From NCBI GenBank assembly GCA_035352955.1, contig DAOPYQ010000009.1:8088-72087 (forward strand): DNA of 64,000 nucleotides, given 5' to 3'. The stretch comes from Candidatus Omnitrophota bacterium. GTDB taxonomy: Bacteria; Omnitrophota; Omnitrophia; Omnitrophales; Aquincolibacteriaceae. The translations under genes and the position numbers were made by a program. Positions 56,317 through 64,000 of this stretch are shown here, in pieces (the first letter of the stretch is position 1; every line of letters begins with the position of its first letter). A model generated the notes under the pieces. The model had not been told where the DNA came from. It did no database searches and saw nothing but the letters and a program-made list of their open reading frames with translations.

Positions 56317-58149
56317 TTAAATCTTGGAAGGATTTTTTCTTCGCGCTTCTTTTTCAATATGAACAGCGAGGAGGGAAAGATCGCAGGAAGAAATGCCGGG
56401 TATTCGTGCAGCTTGACCGATTGATTCCGGTTTTATTTTCTTGAGCTTTTCGCGAGCCTCCCGACTAACGCTTGCCAAGCTTTCGTAGTTCGTGTCCTCT
56501 GGGATCTTCCGTTTTTCGAGCTTTTTAAATTGTGCGACTTCGGATTTTTGACGCGCAATATAGCCTTCGTATTTGATCTCTGTTTCAAGCTTATGAATTT
56601 CTTCATCATTTAAATTGCTAGAGTGTAAACCGTTTTCTATCAATGCTTTATAAGTTACATCCGGACGTTTTAAATATTGATACAACGTGTCTCCAAGAAA
56701 CCGTTTTGCTTTCAGTTTTTCCACATCGTCGGCAATGTTTTTTATGCTCCGCTGATAAACTCCGTAAACCTCTTTTGTAATGATGCCAAATTGGTATCCG
56801 TACTCCATTAATCGCTCATCCGCATTATCCTGACGAAGCAACAGCCGGAACTCGGCGCGGGACGTGAACATCCGGTACGGCTCGTTAGTCCCGCACGTTA
56901 CCAAATCGTCAATCATCACCGCAATATACGCCTCCGTCCGATCCAAAACAAATTCGGCTTCGCCGCGAAGTTTCCGGACAAGATTAAGGCCGGCCATCAG
57001 GCCTTGAGCTGCGGCTTCCTCGTAACCGGACGTGCAATTAATCTGGCCCGCGAAAAAAAGATTCCGGATCTTTTTCGTTTCAAGCGTGTGTTTAAGCTGG
57101 GTCGGCGGCGCGGCGTCATACTCGATCGCGTAGCCGAACTTCAGTATCTCGGCGCTCTCGAGCCCGGGGATCTGGTGAAGCGCGGCGTCCTGCACGTCTT
57201 TCGGGAGCGACGTCGGAAATCCGTTCATATAGATCTCGTCGGTATCACGTCCCTCCGGTTCAAGATAGATCTGGTGACTTTTTTTGTCCGGGAACTTGAC
57301 CACTTTGTCTTCGACCGAGGGGCAATAACGCGGTCCTATTCCGACGATCCTTCCGGCGTAAAGCGGGGAGCGGTGCAAATTGTTCCGGATAATCTCGTGC
57401 ACCTTCTCATTCGTGTGCGTCAGATAACACGGCCATTGTTCGATAACAATTTTTTTTGTGCGGTAAGAAAACGGCGGGGGAGGCTCGTCGCCCTTTTGTT
57501 CTTCCAAATGCTCCCAGCGGATGCTTTGCTTGCGGAGGCGCGGAGGTGTGCCGGTTTTGAAGCGGACGAGTTCGATCCCGTTTTCGCGCAAAGATCCCGA
57601 AAGTCCGACCGCGGGAGGTTCGTCACGCCGGCCGCCGGGATAATGTTCTTCACCAACGTGGATTAGGCCGTGAAGAAATGTTCCCGTGGTCAACACCACA
57701 TGCTCCCCATAAAATTCTTCGCCTTCTTTCGTCCGGACCCCGCGGCATTTCCCGTTTTCGACAATGAGCCCGACCACCTGCCCTTGTTTCAGAGTAAGGT
57801 TTTTTTCGGACTCGAGAACGCGCTTCATATAAAGCTCGTACTGCTTTTTGTCCGCTTGCGCCCGCGGCGCCCAAACTGCGGGACCTTTGGACCGGTTAAG
57901 CATGCGGAACTGGATTCCGGTCGCGTCCGTCGCGAGACCCATCTCGCCGCCCAGCGCGTCGATCTCGCGGACAATGTGTCCTTTCGCGAGACCGCCGATC
58001 GCGGGATTGCAGGACATGCGGGCAATGGCATTGACATCCATTGTCACGACGAGAACGGGAAAGCCCGCGCGGGCAACGGCAAGGGACGCTTCAACGCCGG
58101 CGTGGCCGGCGCCGACAACAATCGCGGAGTATGGTTGGGTGGAGTTCAT
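56317..58149 (-). CDS. mnmG: tRNA uridine 5-carboxymethylaminomethyl modification enzyme MnmG (GidA)
   Basis: FAD-binding N-terminus YSAIVVGAGHAGVEASLAVARAG. Conserved GidA body and C-terminal helical domain. Confidence 0.95.
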   Translation of the reverse strand: MNSTQPYSAIVVGAGHAGVEASLAVARAGFPVLVVTMDVNAIARMSCNPAIGGLAKGHIVREIDALGGEMGLATDATGIQFRMLNRSKGPAVWAPRAQADKKQYELYMKRVLESEKNLTLKQGQVVGLIVENGKCRGVRTKEGEEFYGEHVVLTTGTFLHGLIHVGEEHYPGGRRDEPPAVGLSGSLRENGIELVRFKTGTPPRLRKQSIRWEHLEEQKGDEPPPPFSYRTKKIVIEQWPCYLTHTNEKVHEIIRNNLHRSPLYAGRIVGIGPRYCPSVEDKVVKFPDKKSHQIYLEPEGRDTDEIYMNGFPTSLPKDVQDAALHQIPGLESAEILKFGYAIEYDAAPPTQLKHTLETKKIRNLFFAGQINCTSGYEEAAAQGLMAGLNLVRKLRGEAEFVLDRTEAYIAVMIDDLVTCGTNEPYRMFTSRAEFRLLLRQDNADERLMEYGYQFGIITKEVYGVYQRSIKNIADDVEKLKAKRFLGDTLYQYLKRPDVTYKALIENGLHSSNLNDEEIHKLETEIKYEGYIARQKSEVAQFKKLEKRKIPEDTNYESLASVSREAREKLKKIKPESIGQAARIPGISSCDLSLLAVHIEKEARRKNPSKI

Positions 58150-58222
58150 AGTCGTTCAACGGTCGGCGCGCAACACAAAGACCTTTTTCGTTGACCGTTG
58201 TCCGCCGTGCGTTTCTGGGGGG

Positions 58223-59863
58223 TTATTGATCCTCGTGGTGCAGGACAACAACGATCCGGTTGATGAAAACCTGCTGGATGATCGAAAACATGTTCTGGAG
58301 CGTCCAGTAAAGCGTCAAACCCGACGGCATGTTGTAGCAGATAACCCCGAAAAAGATCGGCATGAAATTCATGATCCTTTGTTGCTCGGGGCTTGAGCCG
58401 GGCTGTTGCGGCATGAGTCTCTGGTACCAGACCTGCGACGCAGCCATCAAAACCGGCAACACGTTCACCGTGTTCCATCCGAGAAGGGGGACCGTGAACG
58501 GAAGAGCCATCAACTTGTCCGGAGCGGAAAGGTCCGTGATCCAGCCGATAAAGGGCGCTCCGTGCAGCTCAATAGCTTCCGGCAACAGCCGGAACATTGC
58601 GATAAACACGGGGATCTGGATCAACATCGGAAGACAGCCCATCGCGGGATTGACTTTGTTCCGCCGATAAAGGGCCATGATCTCCTGCTGTGCCTTGGCC
58701 GGGTCTTTCTTGTGGTGTTCCTGGATGGCTTTTTGTTTCGGCGCAAGGGCCTGCATTTTTTTCATCGACGAGTAGCTTAAGTGCGTGAGCGGCGCAAAAA
58801 CGAGCTTGATAAGGAGCGTCAGGATCACAAGCGCCCATCCGAAGTTGTGCGTGTACCTGAAGAAAAATTTCAGGACAAGCAGGATCCAGGTCTTGAACGG
58901 TCCAAAAAATCCGCGGGAAAAAACATTTTCAAACCCGGCGCCAAAAGATTTCAGCGTTTCATACCGCTGCGGCCCGGCATAGATCAGAACCTTTTGCTCC
59001 GCCGCTCCTCCGGCAGGAACAGCGACCGGCTCGAGAATGAATTTCGCGAACAGGTTTTTCTCATCCGCTCTCGCGCTGCCGTCCACGATCTTTCCGTCCG
59101 GCTTCACGAGAAGCGCAAAATACTTTTTAATGAGCCCCGCCCAGGCGGTTCCCGCGGGGAACGCGTATCCTTTTTTCTTCAATTTCCCGAGGTCCGCAAT
59201 GTTTGTTTTGTCGGTATAGGCAACGGCGTCATAATACCCGTAATGTTTTTGATATCCTTCTTGATACGCCATGCCGTATCCGATCTCGATAGGAATATTT
59301 TTTTCTTTTTCGGTGAGATTTTTGATCCGGACCAAAAGGTCAATGACGGGCCTGTCTTCGTGCATTGTATAGGTTTTGAAAATCTGGTATTCTCCGGGAA
59401 GCTCGTAAGAAAATTCGATTACTTCGCCGCGAACGCCCTTGCGGACCATTTTAAAGATGGTTTGCGAAAGATTCGCCTTTTCGTGCAACACGTTCACGCC
59501 GAAGATCCCGGCCGCGCGCAGATCGCCGTCAAAAAAGTCCGTCCTCGTCAACGCTTCTCGGCCATGTTCCCCGAGAAACGAAAGTCTCGTCACGGTCCCG
59601 CCTAGTGTAGAAAATTCTATTTTATACAAGGGGCTTTCAACGAGAACGGTCGCCGGCGCAGGAGCCTGAGAAAAAACTTTGTCGGCAACCGGCGCGAGCG
59701 TTTCCGTTTTTACCGTCGGCTTGTAGGCCGGCGCGACCGAAACCTGTTCCTGCCTGGGTTGCATCGCCTTATAGGCTTCGGGAAAAAACCATTTGACCGC
59801 GTAAGGGTATAAAACAACGATCAGAACCGCGAGAAAAATAGCTTTGATAGAGTTCTTGTCCAT
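58223..59863 (-). CDS. yidC: Membrane protein insertase YidC
   Basis: N-terminal TM, large periplasmic domain, and the conserved 5-TM core with GWALVILTLLIKL...PLT and the C-terminal region. 546 aa. Confidence 0.9.
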   Translation of the reverse strand: MDKNSIKAIFLAVLIVVLYPYAVKWFFPEAYKAMQPRQEQVSVAPAYKPTVKTETLAPVADKVFSQAPAPATVLVESPLYKIEFSTLGGTVTRLSFLGEHGREALTRTDFFDGDLRAAGIFGVNVLHEKANLSQTIFKMVRKGVRGEVIEFSYELPGEYQIFKTYTMHEDRPVIDLLVRIKNLTEKEKNIPIEIGYGMAYQEGYQKHYGYYDAVAYTDKTNIADLGKLKKKGYAFPAGTAWAGLIKKYFALLVKPDGKIVDGSARADEKNLFAKFILEPVAVPAGGAAEQKVLIYAGPQRYETLKSFGAGFENVFSRGFFGPFKTWILLVLKFFFRYTHNFGWALVILTLLIKLVFAPLTHLSYSSMKKMQALAPKQKAIQEHHKKDPAKAQQEIMALYRRNKVNPAMGCLPMLIQIPVFIAMFRLLPEAIELHGAPFIGWITDLSAPDKLMALPFTVPLLGWNTVNVLPVLMAASQVWYQRLMPQQPGSSPEQQRIMNFMPIFFGVICYNMPSGLTLYWTLQNMFSIIQQVFINRIVVVLHHEDQ

Positions 59864-59872
59864 GAAAGCTCC

Positions 59873-60088
59873 TCAGTTAACGGGGTCGTATCCGCCCGGG
59901 TGAAAAGGATGGCATTTGAAAAGCCGTTTTACGGCAAGCCATCCTCCGGCAAAAGACCCTCTTTGTTGAATGGCTTCCTCGGCGTACACGGAACAGCTTG
60001 GAGAAAAACGGCAGCAGGGGCCTGCCAGCGGAGCGAGACATGCCCGGTAAAAACGGATGAAGAGTAAAAGAAGATGCTTCAAGCCCAC
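59873..60088 (-). CDS. yidD: Membrane protein insertion efficiency factor YidD
   Basis: FIRFYRACLAPLAGPCCRFSPSCSVYAEEAIQQRG...CHPFHPGGYDPV is the YidD/UPF0161 signature. Confidence 0.85.
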   Translation of the reverse strand: MGLKHLLLLFIRFYRACLAPLAGPCCRFSPSCSVYAEEAIQQRGSFAGGWLAVKRLFKCHPFHPGGYDPVN

Positions 60089-60456
60089 GCTCCTGCTTTT
60101 TTAAAAAGCCCGATAAGTTCTTTTTCCAGAGCTTCAAAGGAAGGCTTTTGTTTCCCGGACCTCGTCTTAACGAAACAGGCGACCCCTTCTTTAAGAGAAG
60201 TCTGATGCTCCCGGAAGATCTCGCGGATCCGCCGTTTCAGAATGTTCCGGCCCGTTGCTTTCGTACAAGTGCTTCGTCCCACCGCGATGCCGATCATAGG
60301 CAGCGCGCGCGTCGAGGCTTGCCCGGTCAACTCCTGCGGTCCCACCCACAAAAAACAGAACGCCCCTCTTGCAAAAATCCCTTTTTCGACAAGGTTTTTG
60401 AAGGCCGTCTGTCTGCGAATGCGCTGATCCGCTTTTAACCGTTTGGTTTGTGCCAA
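60079..60456 (-). CDS. rnpA: Ribonuclease P protein component
   Basis: Basic 125 aa protein. The RnpA RNR-like motif region is (...NILKRRIREIFRE...). Canonical position between rpmH and yidD. Confidence 0.8.
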   Translation of the reverse strand: MAQTKRLKADQRIRRQTAFKNLVEKGIFARGAFCFLWVGPQELTGQASTRALPMIGIAVGRSTCTKATGRNILKRRIREIFREHQTSLKEGVACFVKTRSGKQKPSFEALEKELIGLFKKAGAWA

Positions 60457-60459
60457 CAG

Positions 60460-60597
60460 TTAGACTTGGGTCAGTTTTTTCCTGCCCTTTTTCCGTCGAC
60501 GCGCGAGAACTTTACGTCCTCCCTGGGTCGCCGTCCGGGCAAGAAAACCGTGCTTGGAGCGCCGTTTTCTCTTGGAAGGTTGATAGGTTCTTTTCAT
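60460..60597 (-). CDS. rpmH: 50S ribosomal protein L34
   Basis: Manual minus-strand translation: [45 protein letters not shown] (45 aa). Matches L34 (MKRTFQPS..R.RSHGFRARMAT.NGR.VLARRRAKGRKRLTV). Too short for the ORF track. Confidence 0.85.
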   Translation of the reverse strand: MKRTYQPSKRKRRSKHGFLARTATQGGRKVLARRRKKGRKKLTQV

Positions 60598-60950
60598 GAG
60601 GCGTGGATTATAGTGAAATTCATTCTGAATATCCAGAAATTTGTTTTGTGATCGAAGAAAAGTTTTCGCCTTCGCTTGTCCGCGTTTTTCGCGAGAATAT
60701 TTTAAAAAAGATTCTTAAACATTCTGGACAAAAATATTTTTTGGGGTAAAATGCACTCCTGTTTTCGCTCTCCAGGTTTTCAGCATGCCGGGAGGGCGGT
60801 TTTTTGATGATTTTCAGGTTGTTGAAAACATGTTGATACCTTTTGTATCTAATTTCCACAAAAACAAGCTTTCATGAATAAAGTTATTAAAAGTATTTAG
60901 TCTGTTCCTCTTTATAACCTGTTGAAAACTCACCTAAAGCTTTCTCTTTT

Positions 60951-62309
60951 ATGAGTTTAGATGTTTCGTCGACAAATAATGTTCTCCCGGCAGAGGTTTG
61001 GAAGAAAATTTGCTCTATTTTATCCAAAGAGCTGAGCGAGCGTTCGTTCAAAACCTGGTTTGATCCCGTGGCATTGCTCTCTGTGGCCGGAGACTCTTTG
61101 ACTCTGCGCGTTCCTGACAATTACTACGGAAAATGGTTAGAAGATCATTATCAAAACCTTATTTCTTCAGCCGCAGAAGAAGTCCTTGGACATCCGGTTA
61201 AAATTCTCTATCAAGTTGTAGAACCTCCTAAAGCGGCCCCGTCGCTGCCTGCGCCTTCACCTATACGGGAAAGTGAAGGCTTTGTGGTAGGACTGAACAA
61301 GAGTTACACCTTCGACGACTTTGTGATCGGACCGGGAAACCGTTTTGCTCACGCTGCTGCAGTCGCTGTAAGTGAAGCCCCGGCAAAGCATTACAATCCT
61401 CTTTTTGTTTACGGCCCGACTGGCCTCGGGAAAACCCATCTTCTTCAATCCATCGCGCATGAAACCCGGCGGCGGCATCCCAACTTTAAGATCCTGTACA
61501 TATCCAGTGAAAATTTTACGAATCAATTAATCACCGCGATACAAACGCGCTCGACCCAGCAATTCCGCGCAAAATATCGTTCTTTAGATCTTCTTCTTAT
61601 AGATGATGTCCACTTTATCGCCGGAAGAGATTCTACCCAGGAAGAGTTTTTTAATACTTTCAATGCTCTCTACGATGCTCATAAACAGATCGTTGTAACG
61701 AGCGACCGCCCTCCTAAGGAGATCCCCGAGATGGAGGAGCGTCTTGTTTCGAGGTTTGGTTGGGGGCTCGTCACAGATATTCAGCCCCCGGATTTTGAAA
61801 CCCGGGTGGCGATTCTTAAGAAAAAAATGGAGCGGGAAACCGTTGTCGTACCTGATGATGTGGCTTATTTCATTGCGGGTAAGATTAAGTCTAATATTCG
61901 GGAATTGGAAGGTGCCTTGATCCGTGTGGTGGCGTATTGCACCCTCACAAACTCCACCATGGATATTAAACTCGCGCAGGAGGTTTTAAAGGATTCTTTT
62001 AAGGAGGAAGCTCAAAAATTCTCCATTGAGGGCATTCAGAAGGTGGTGGCGGATTATTTCAATGTAAAGGTTTCTGACCTCCGCTCAAAAAAACGGACTC
62101 TTTCTATAGTTAAGCCGCGACAAATTGCCATGTACCTAGTTCGGGAATTAACGGGACATTCTCTTCCAGAGATCGGGGAGTTTTTTGGCGGGAAAGATCA
62201 TACCACCGTGCTTCATTCATGTAATAAAATTGCTAAAGAAAAAGACTTAGATGTTGGTTTAAGGTTGGTGTTAGATAAACTAACCGCTCTGTTGAAAAAA
62301 GAAGGGTAG
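60951..62309 (+). CDS. dnaA: Chromosomal replication initiator protein DnaA
   Basis: Domain I (WFDPVAL). AAA+ Walker A GPTGLGKTHL. Sensor motifs. C-terminal DNA-binding helix (TLSIVKPRQIAMYLVRELTGHSLPEIGEFFGGKDHTTVLHSCNKI). Confidence 0.95.
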   Translation: MSLDVSSTNNVLPAEVWKKICSILSKELSERSFKTWFDPVALLSVAGDSLTLRVPDNYYGKWLEDHYQNLISSAAEEVLGHPVKILYQVVEPPKAAPSLPAPSPIRESEGFVVGLNKSYTFDDFVIGPGNRFAHAAAVAVSEAPAKHYNPLFVYGPTGLGKTHLLQSIAHETRRRHPNFKILYISSENFTNQLITAIQTRSTQQFRAKYRSLDLLLIDDVHFIAGRDSTQEEFFNTFNALYDAHKQIVVTSDRPPKEIPEMEERLVSRFGWGLVTDIQPPDFETRVAILKKKMERETVVVPDDVAYFIAGKIKSNIRELEGALIRVVAYCTLTNSTMDIKLAQEVLKDSFKEEAQKFSIEGIQKVVADYFNVKVSDLRSKKRTLSIVKPRQIAMYLVRELTGHSLPEIGEFFGGKDHTTVLHSCNKIAKEKDLDVGLRLVLDKLTALLKKEG

Positions 62310-62438
62310 TTATCCACAAGAATTTTTTTTGTAAGTGTTTTTTTTTAAATAAGTTGTGTTATTATCCACAAATCCACAGGGATTATTACTAAGGTTACTA
62401 TTTTTCTTAATATAGAATAAAAGCAAAAGGAGTCTAGT
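62310..62438. promoter_or_regulatory. Putative oriC segment: DnaA boxes TTATCCACA at 62310-62318 and 62362-62370, AAATCCACA at 62371-62379, plus T-rich and AT-rich runs
   Basis: Perfect consensus DnaA boxes read directly. The dnaA-dnaN intergenic location matches the B. subtilis-type oriC arrangement. A weaker ATTTCCACA lies upstream of dnaA at 60851-60859. Confidence 0.55.
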
Positions 62439-63539
62439 ATGGAAATTAAGATTCTAAAAAGTGAGTTGCTTAAAAAGATCGCTTTAGGCGTGAATGTTGC
62501 CGCCTCTAAGCCTAGCGCTCTTCCTATACTGAATAACCTTCTCCTTGAAACACAAAAAGGAGGAAAATTAAAAATTATCGCCACTGATATGGAGGTGGGG
62601 ATATCAACAATTGCAACCGTGGAGGTTATTCAAGAAGGGAATATTACAGTCCCTGCTAGAAAATTTCATGAGATTGTTAAGGAACTCCCTGAAGGAGATG
62701 TGGAGATTTCCGTTACCAAAAACAACACCATTAATATTAAAGCTGGTAAATCTTTTTTTAAAATAATGGGGTTAGGAAAAGAAGAGTACCCCAAACTCCC
62801 AGAATTTTCCCTTAACGATGCGGTGGAAGTGGAACAATCTGTTATTAAAGAAAGTCTTTCATTGACATCTTTTGCGATCTCTCATGATGAGACGCGCTAT
62901 GTGTTAAATGGCGTATTAATCTCCTTTCAAGGAAACAATATCCGTTTTGTGGCAACAGATGGGCGGCGTCTTGCTTTTTTTAAAAAAGAAACCAAACAAA
63001 AAACAGCGAAAAATATTGATATGATTGTCCCATCAAAAACCATCCACGAACTTTTAAAGCTTTTAGAGTGGGAAGGGACTGTTAAAATTATCCACACGCA
63101 AAATAAAGTCATCTTCTCTTTAGGGGATACTTTTTTAACCTCAAGTTTGATAGAAGGGAATTTTCCTAATTATGAACAGGTGATTCCCAAGGAAGAAAAA
63201 ACACAAGTGGTCGCGAACCGTGAAGAGTTTTTACAGGCGGTCCGCCGCGCGGCGCTTTTAACTTCTCCTGAGGCGCCAGCGCTTAAGTTTGATTTTATAA
63301 AAAATAAAATCATTGTTTCCGCCAAAACGCCCAATATGGGAGAAGCGAAAGAGGAGCTCCCCGCGGAATTTCAAGGAAATGAGGTTGCGATTGGTTTTAA
63401 TCCGGGATATTTTCTCGATGTTCTTAAAAATTTAACTGAAGAAAAAATTACGATTTCGCTTAATGAGGCGGATAAACCCGGACTAGTGAAAGGGCGCGAC
63501 GGATATTTGTACGTTATTATGCCGATGCAGCTCAATTAA
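62439..63539 (+). CDS. dnaN: DNA polymerase III beta sliding clamp
   Basis: Three-domain clamp, 366 aa. N-terminus MEIKILKSELLKKIA. Conserved C-terminal MPMQLN-type ending. AAAGGAG RBS. Confidence 0.95.
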   Translation: MEIKILKSELLKKIALGVNVAASKPSALPILNNLLLETQKGGKLKIIATDMEVGISTIATVEVIQEGNITVPARKFHEIVKELPEGDVEISVTKNNTINIKAGKSFFKIMGLGKEEYPKLPEFSLNDAVEVEQSVIKESLSLTSFAISHDETRYVLNGVLISFQGNNIRFVATDGRRLAFFKKETKQKTAKNIDMIVPSKTIHELLKLLEWEGTVKIIHTQNKVIFSLGDTFLTSSLIEGNFPNYEQVIPKEEKTQVVANREEFLQAVRRAALLTSPEAPALKFDFIKNKIIVSAKTPNMGEAKEELPAEFQGNEVAIGFNPGYFLDVLKNLTEEKITISLNEADKPGLVKGRDGYLYVIMPMQLN

Positions 63540-63576
63540 TTTTCAGGAAAGCCGATAAAAAAAGCGGCTTATTTTA

Positions 63577-63864
63577 ATGGATGATATCAAATCGATCCTT
63601 CCTTCCGTGTTTAAGAGTATGGAGGATCCGGAGAAGCAAAGAAGAAGCCTGTTGATCAGGGAATGGCCGAGCATCGCAGGCGCCAAACTAGCAAAACACA
63701 CCAAACCGCAGCTTTCTTCCAAAGGCGTTCTGTTCGTCCGAGTGAACGAATCGGTGCTCGCTTTTGAGATCAGTCAAAAATATCGGCAGTCACTTCTGAA
63801 GCGGGCGCAGGCGGTGTTGGGAGAAGAAGCGGTCATCGACGTTAAGGTTTTTGTGGGGTCATAA
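63577..63864 (+). CDS. DUF721 (DciA-like) small protein
   Basis: 95 aa. Pattern (...[37 protein letters not shown]...) typical of the DUF721 proteins found between dnaN/recF and gyrB. Confidence 0.55.
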   Translation: MDDIKSILPSVFKSMEDPEKQRRSLLIREWPSIAGAKLAKHTKPQLSSKGVLFVRVNESVLAFEISQKYRQSLLKRAQAVLGEEAVIDVKVFVGS

Positions 63865-63872
63865 AGAGGATT

Positions 63873-64000
63873 ATGGCAAAAGAAGACAAAGAAAAGAAGG
63901 ACCCGTCCGGCGGGAAGTACGACGCGACAAAAATCCAGGTACTCGAGGGCGTTGACGCGGTCCGGAAGCGTCCCGCGATGTATATTGGCGACACCACCCT
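63873..64000 (+). CDS. gyrB: DNA gyrase subunit B, 5'-partial view (runs off window end)
   Basis: [42 protein letters not shown] is the GyrB N-terminus. GAGGA RBS. Confidence 0.85.
   Translation, partial: MAKEDKEKKDPSGGKYDATKIQVLEGVDAVRKRPAMYIGDTT

Noticed and set aside
1-64000. CRISPR arrays, tRNA/rRNA genes, tmRNA, RNase P RNA
   Set aside because: Scanned all intergenic gaps of 100 bp or more: 578-796, 1016-1207, 3918-4095, 6475-6872, 7965-8304, 27127-27366, 28447-28628, 37907-38116, 55778-56316, 60598-60950. Found no regularly spaced direct repeats and no cloverleaf-like GC-paired segments. A profile-based search (tRNAscan/Infernal) would be needed to exclude them rigorously.

Overview
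This 64 kb window is a densely coded chromosomal segment that includes the replication-origin neighbourhood of a diderm (Gram-negative-type) bacterium. Most genes lie on the minus strand. Gene calls rest on recognisable motifs in the supplied six-frame translations plus manual checks of start codons and ribosome-binding sites (RBS). No GC values, BLAST hits or HMM scores were computed. Three minus-strand reading frames that the ORF track misses or mis-delimits were recovered by hand: a 5'-partial secreted TPR-like gene at the window start, a GTG-initiated rpsP, and the 45-codon rpmH.

The origin end carries the classical set rpmH-rnpA-yidD-yidC, mnmG, parA-parB, then dnaA-dnaN-DUF721-gyrB on the opposite strand. 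Two near-consensus parS palindromes sit between parA and mnmG, and TTATCCACA DnaA boxes plus an AT-rich stretch lie between dnaA and dnaN. Other housekeeping genes: accA; the rpsP-trmD-rplS-rnhB-yraN string, which lacks rimM; murA, prmC, prfA, rpmE, rho, coaE, polA, pilT; bioA/bioD and bioB-fabG-fabF-bioF; and an ABC-F (Uup-like) ATPase.

Accessory or less ordinary content:
- comM (yifB) is followed by a visibly AT-rich ~1 kb insert carrying an ORF6N-domain gene and a small secreted-protein gene, and then by a degenerate, frameshifted second copy of the comM 3' end. This is the signature of site-specific integration into comM.
- A two-gene operon pairs an Omp85-family beta-barrel with a secreted protein that has protein-kinase-like (PI3K/PI4K- or APH-like) catalytic motifs.
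- A signalling cluster has a stand-alone receiver, a REC-GGDEF-EAL protein and a PAS sensor histidine kinase.
- rnfC and rnfD are followed by two unrelated membrane proteins rather than rnfGEAB.
- An aminosugar/undecaprenyl-phosphate-glycan module (WbqC, DegT aminotransferase, GT2, methyltransferase, small membrane protein) is translationally coupled to bioA.
- An operon encodes a beta-CASP MBL hydrolase, an unknown protein and a Cys-cluster mini-membrane protein.
- A glycan-utilisation group (ROK regulator, secreted six-hairpin-like glycosidase, GH94 phosphorylase, orphan solute-binding protein) sits beside parB.
- Two tandem paralogous small genes lie next to accA.
- A ~40 bp hairpin-plus-motif element occurs twice, in inverted orientation, flanking murA.
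- Coding sequence is visibly more AT-rich in two origin-proximal blocks, the parA 5' end through the mnmG 3' end and rpmH-upstream through dnaN, than in the flanking genes.

No CRISPR array, tRNA or rRNA gene was recognised by eye.
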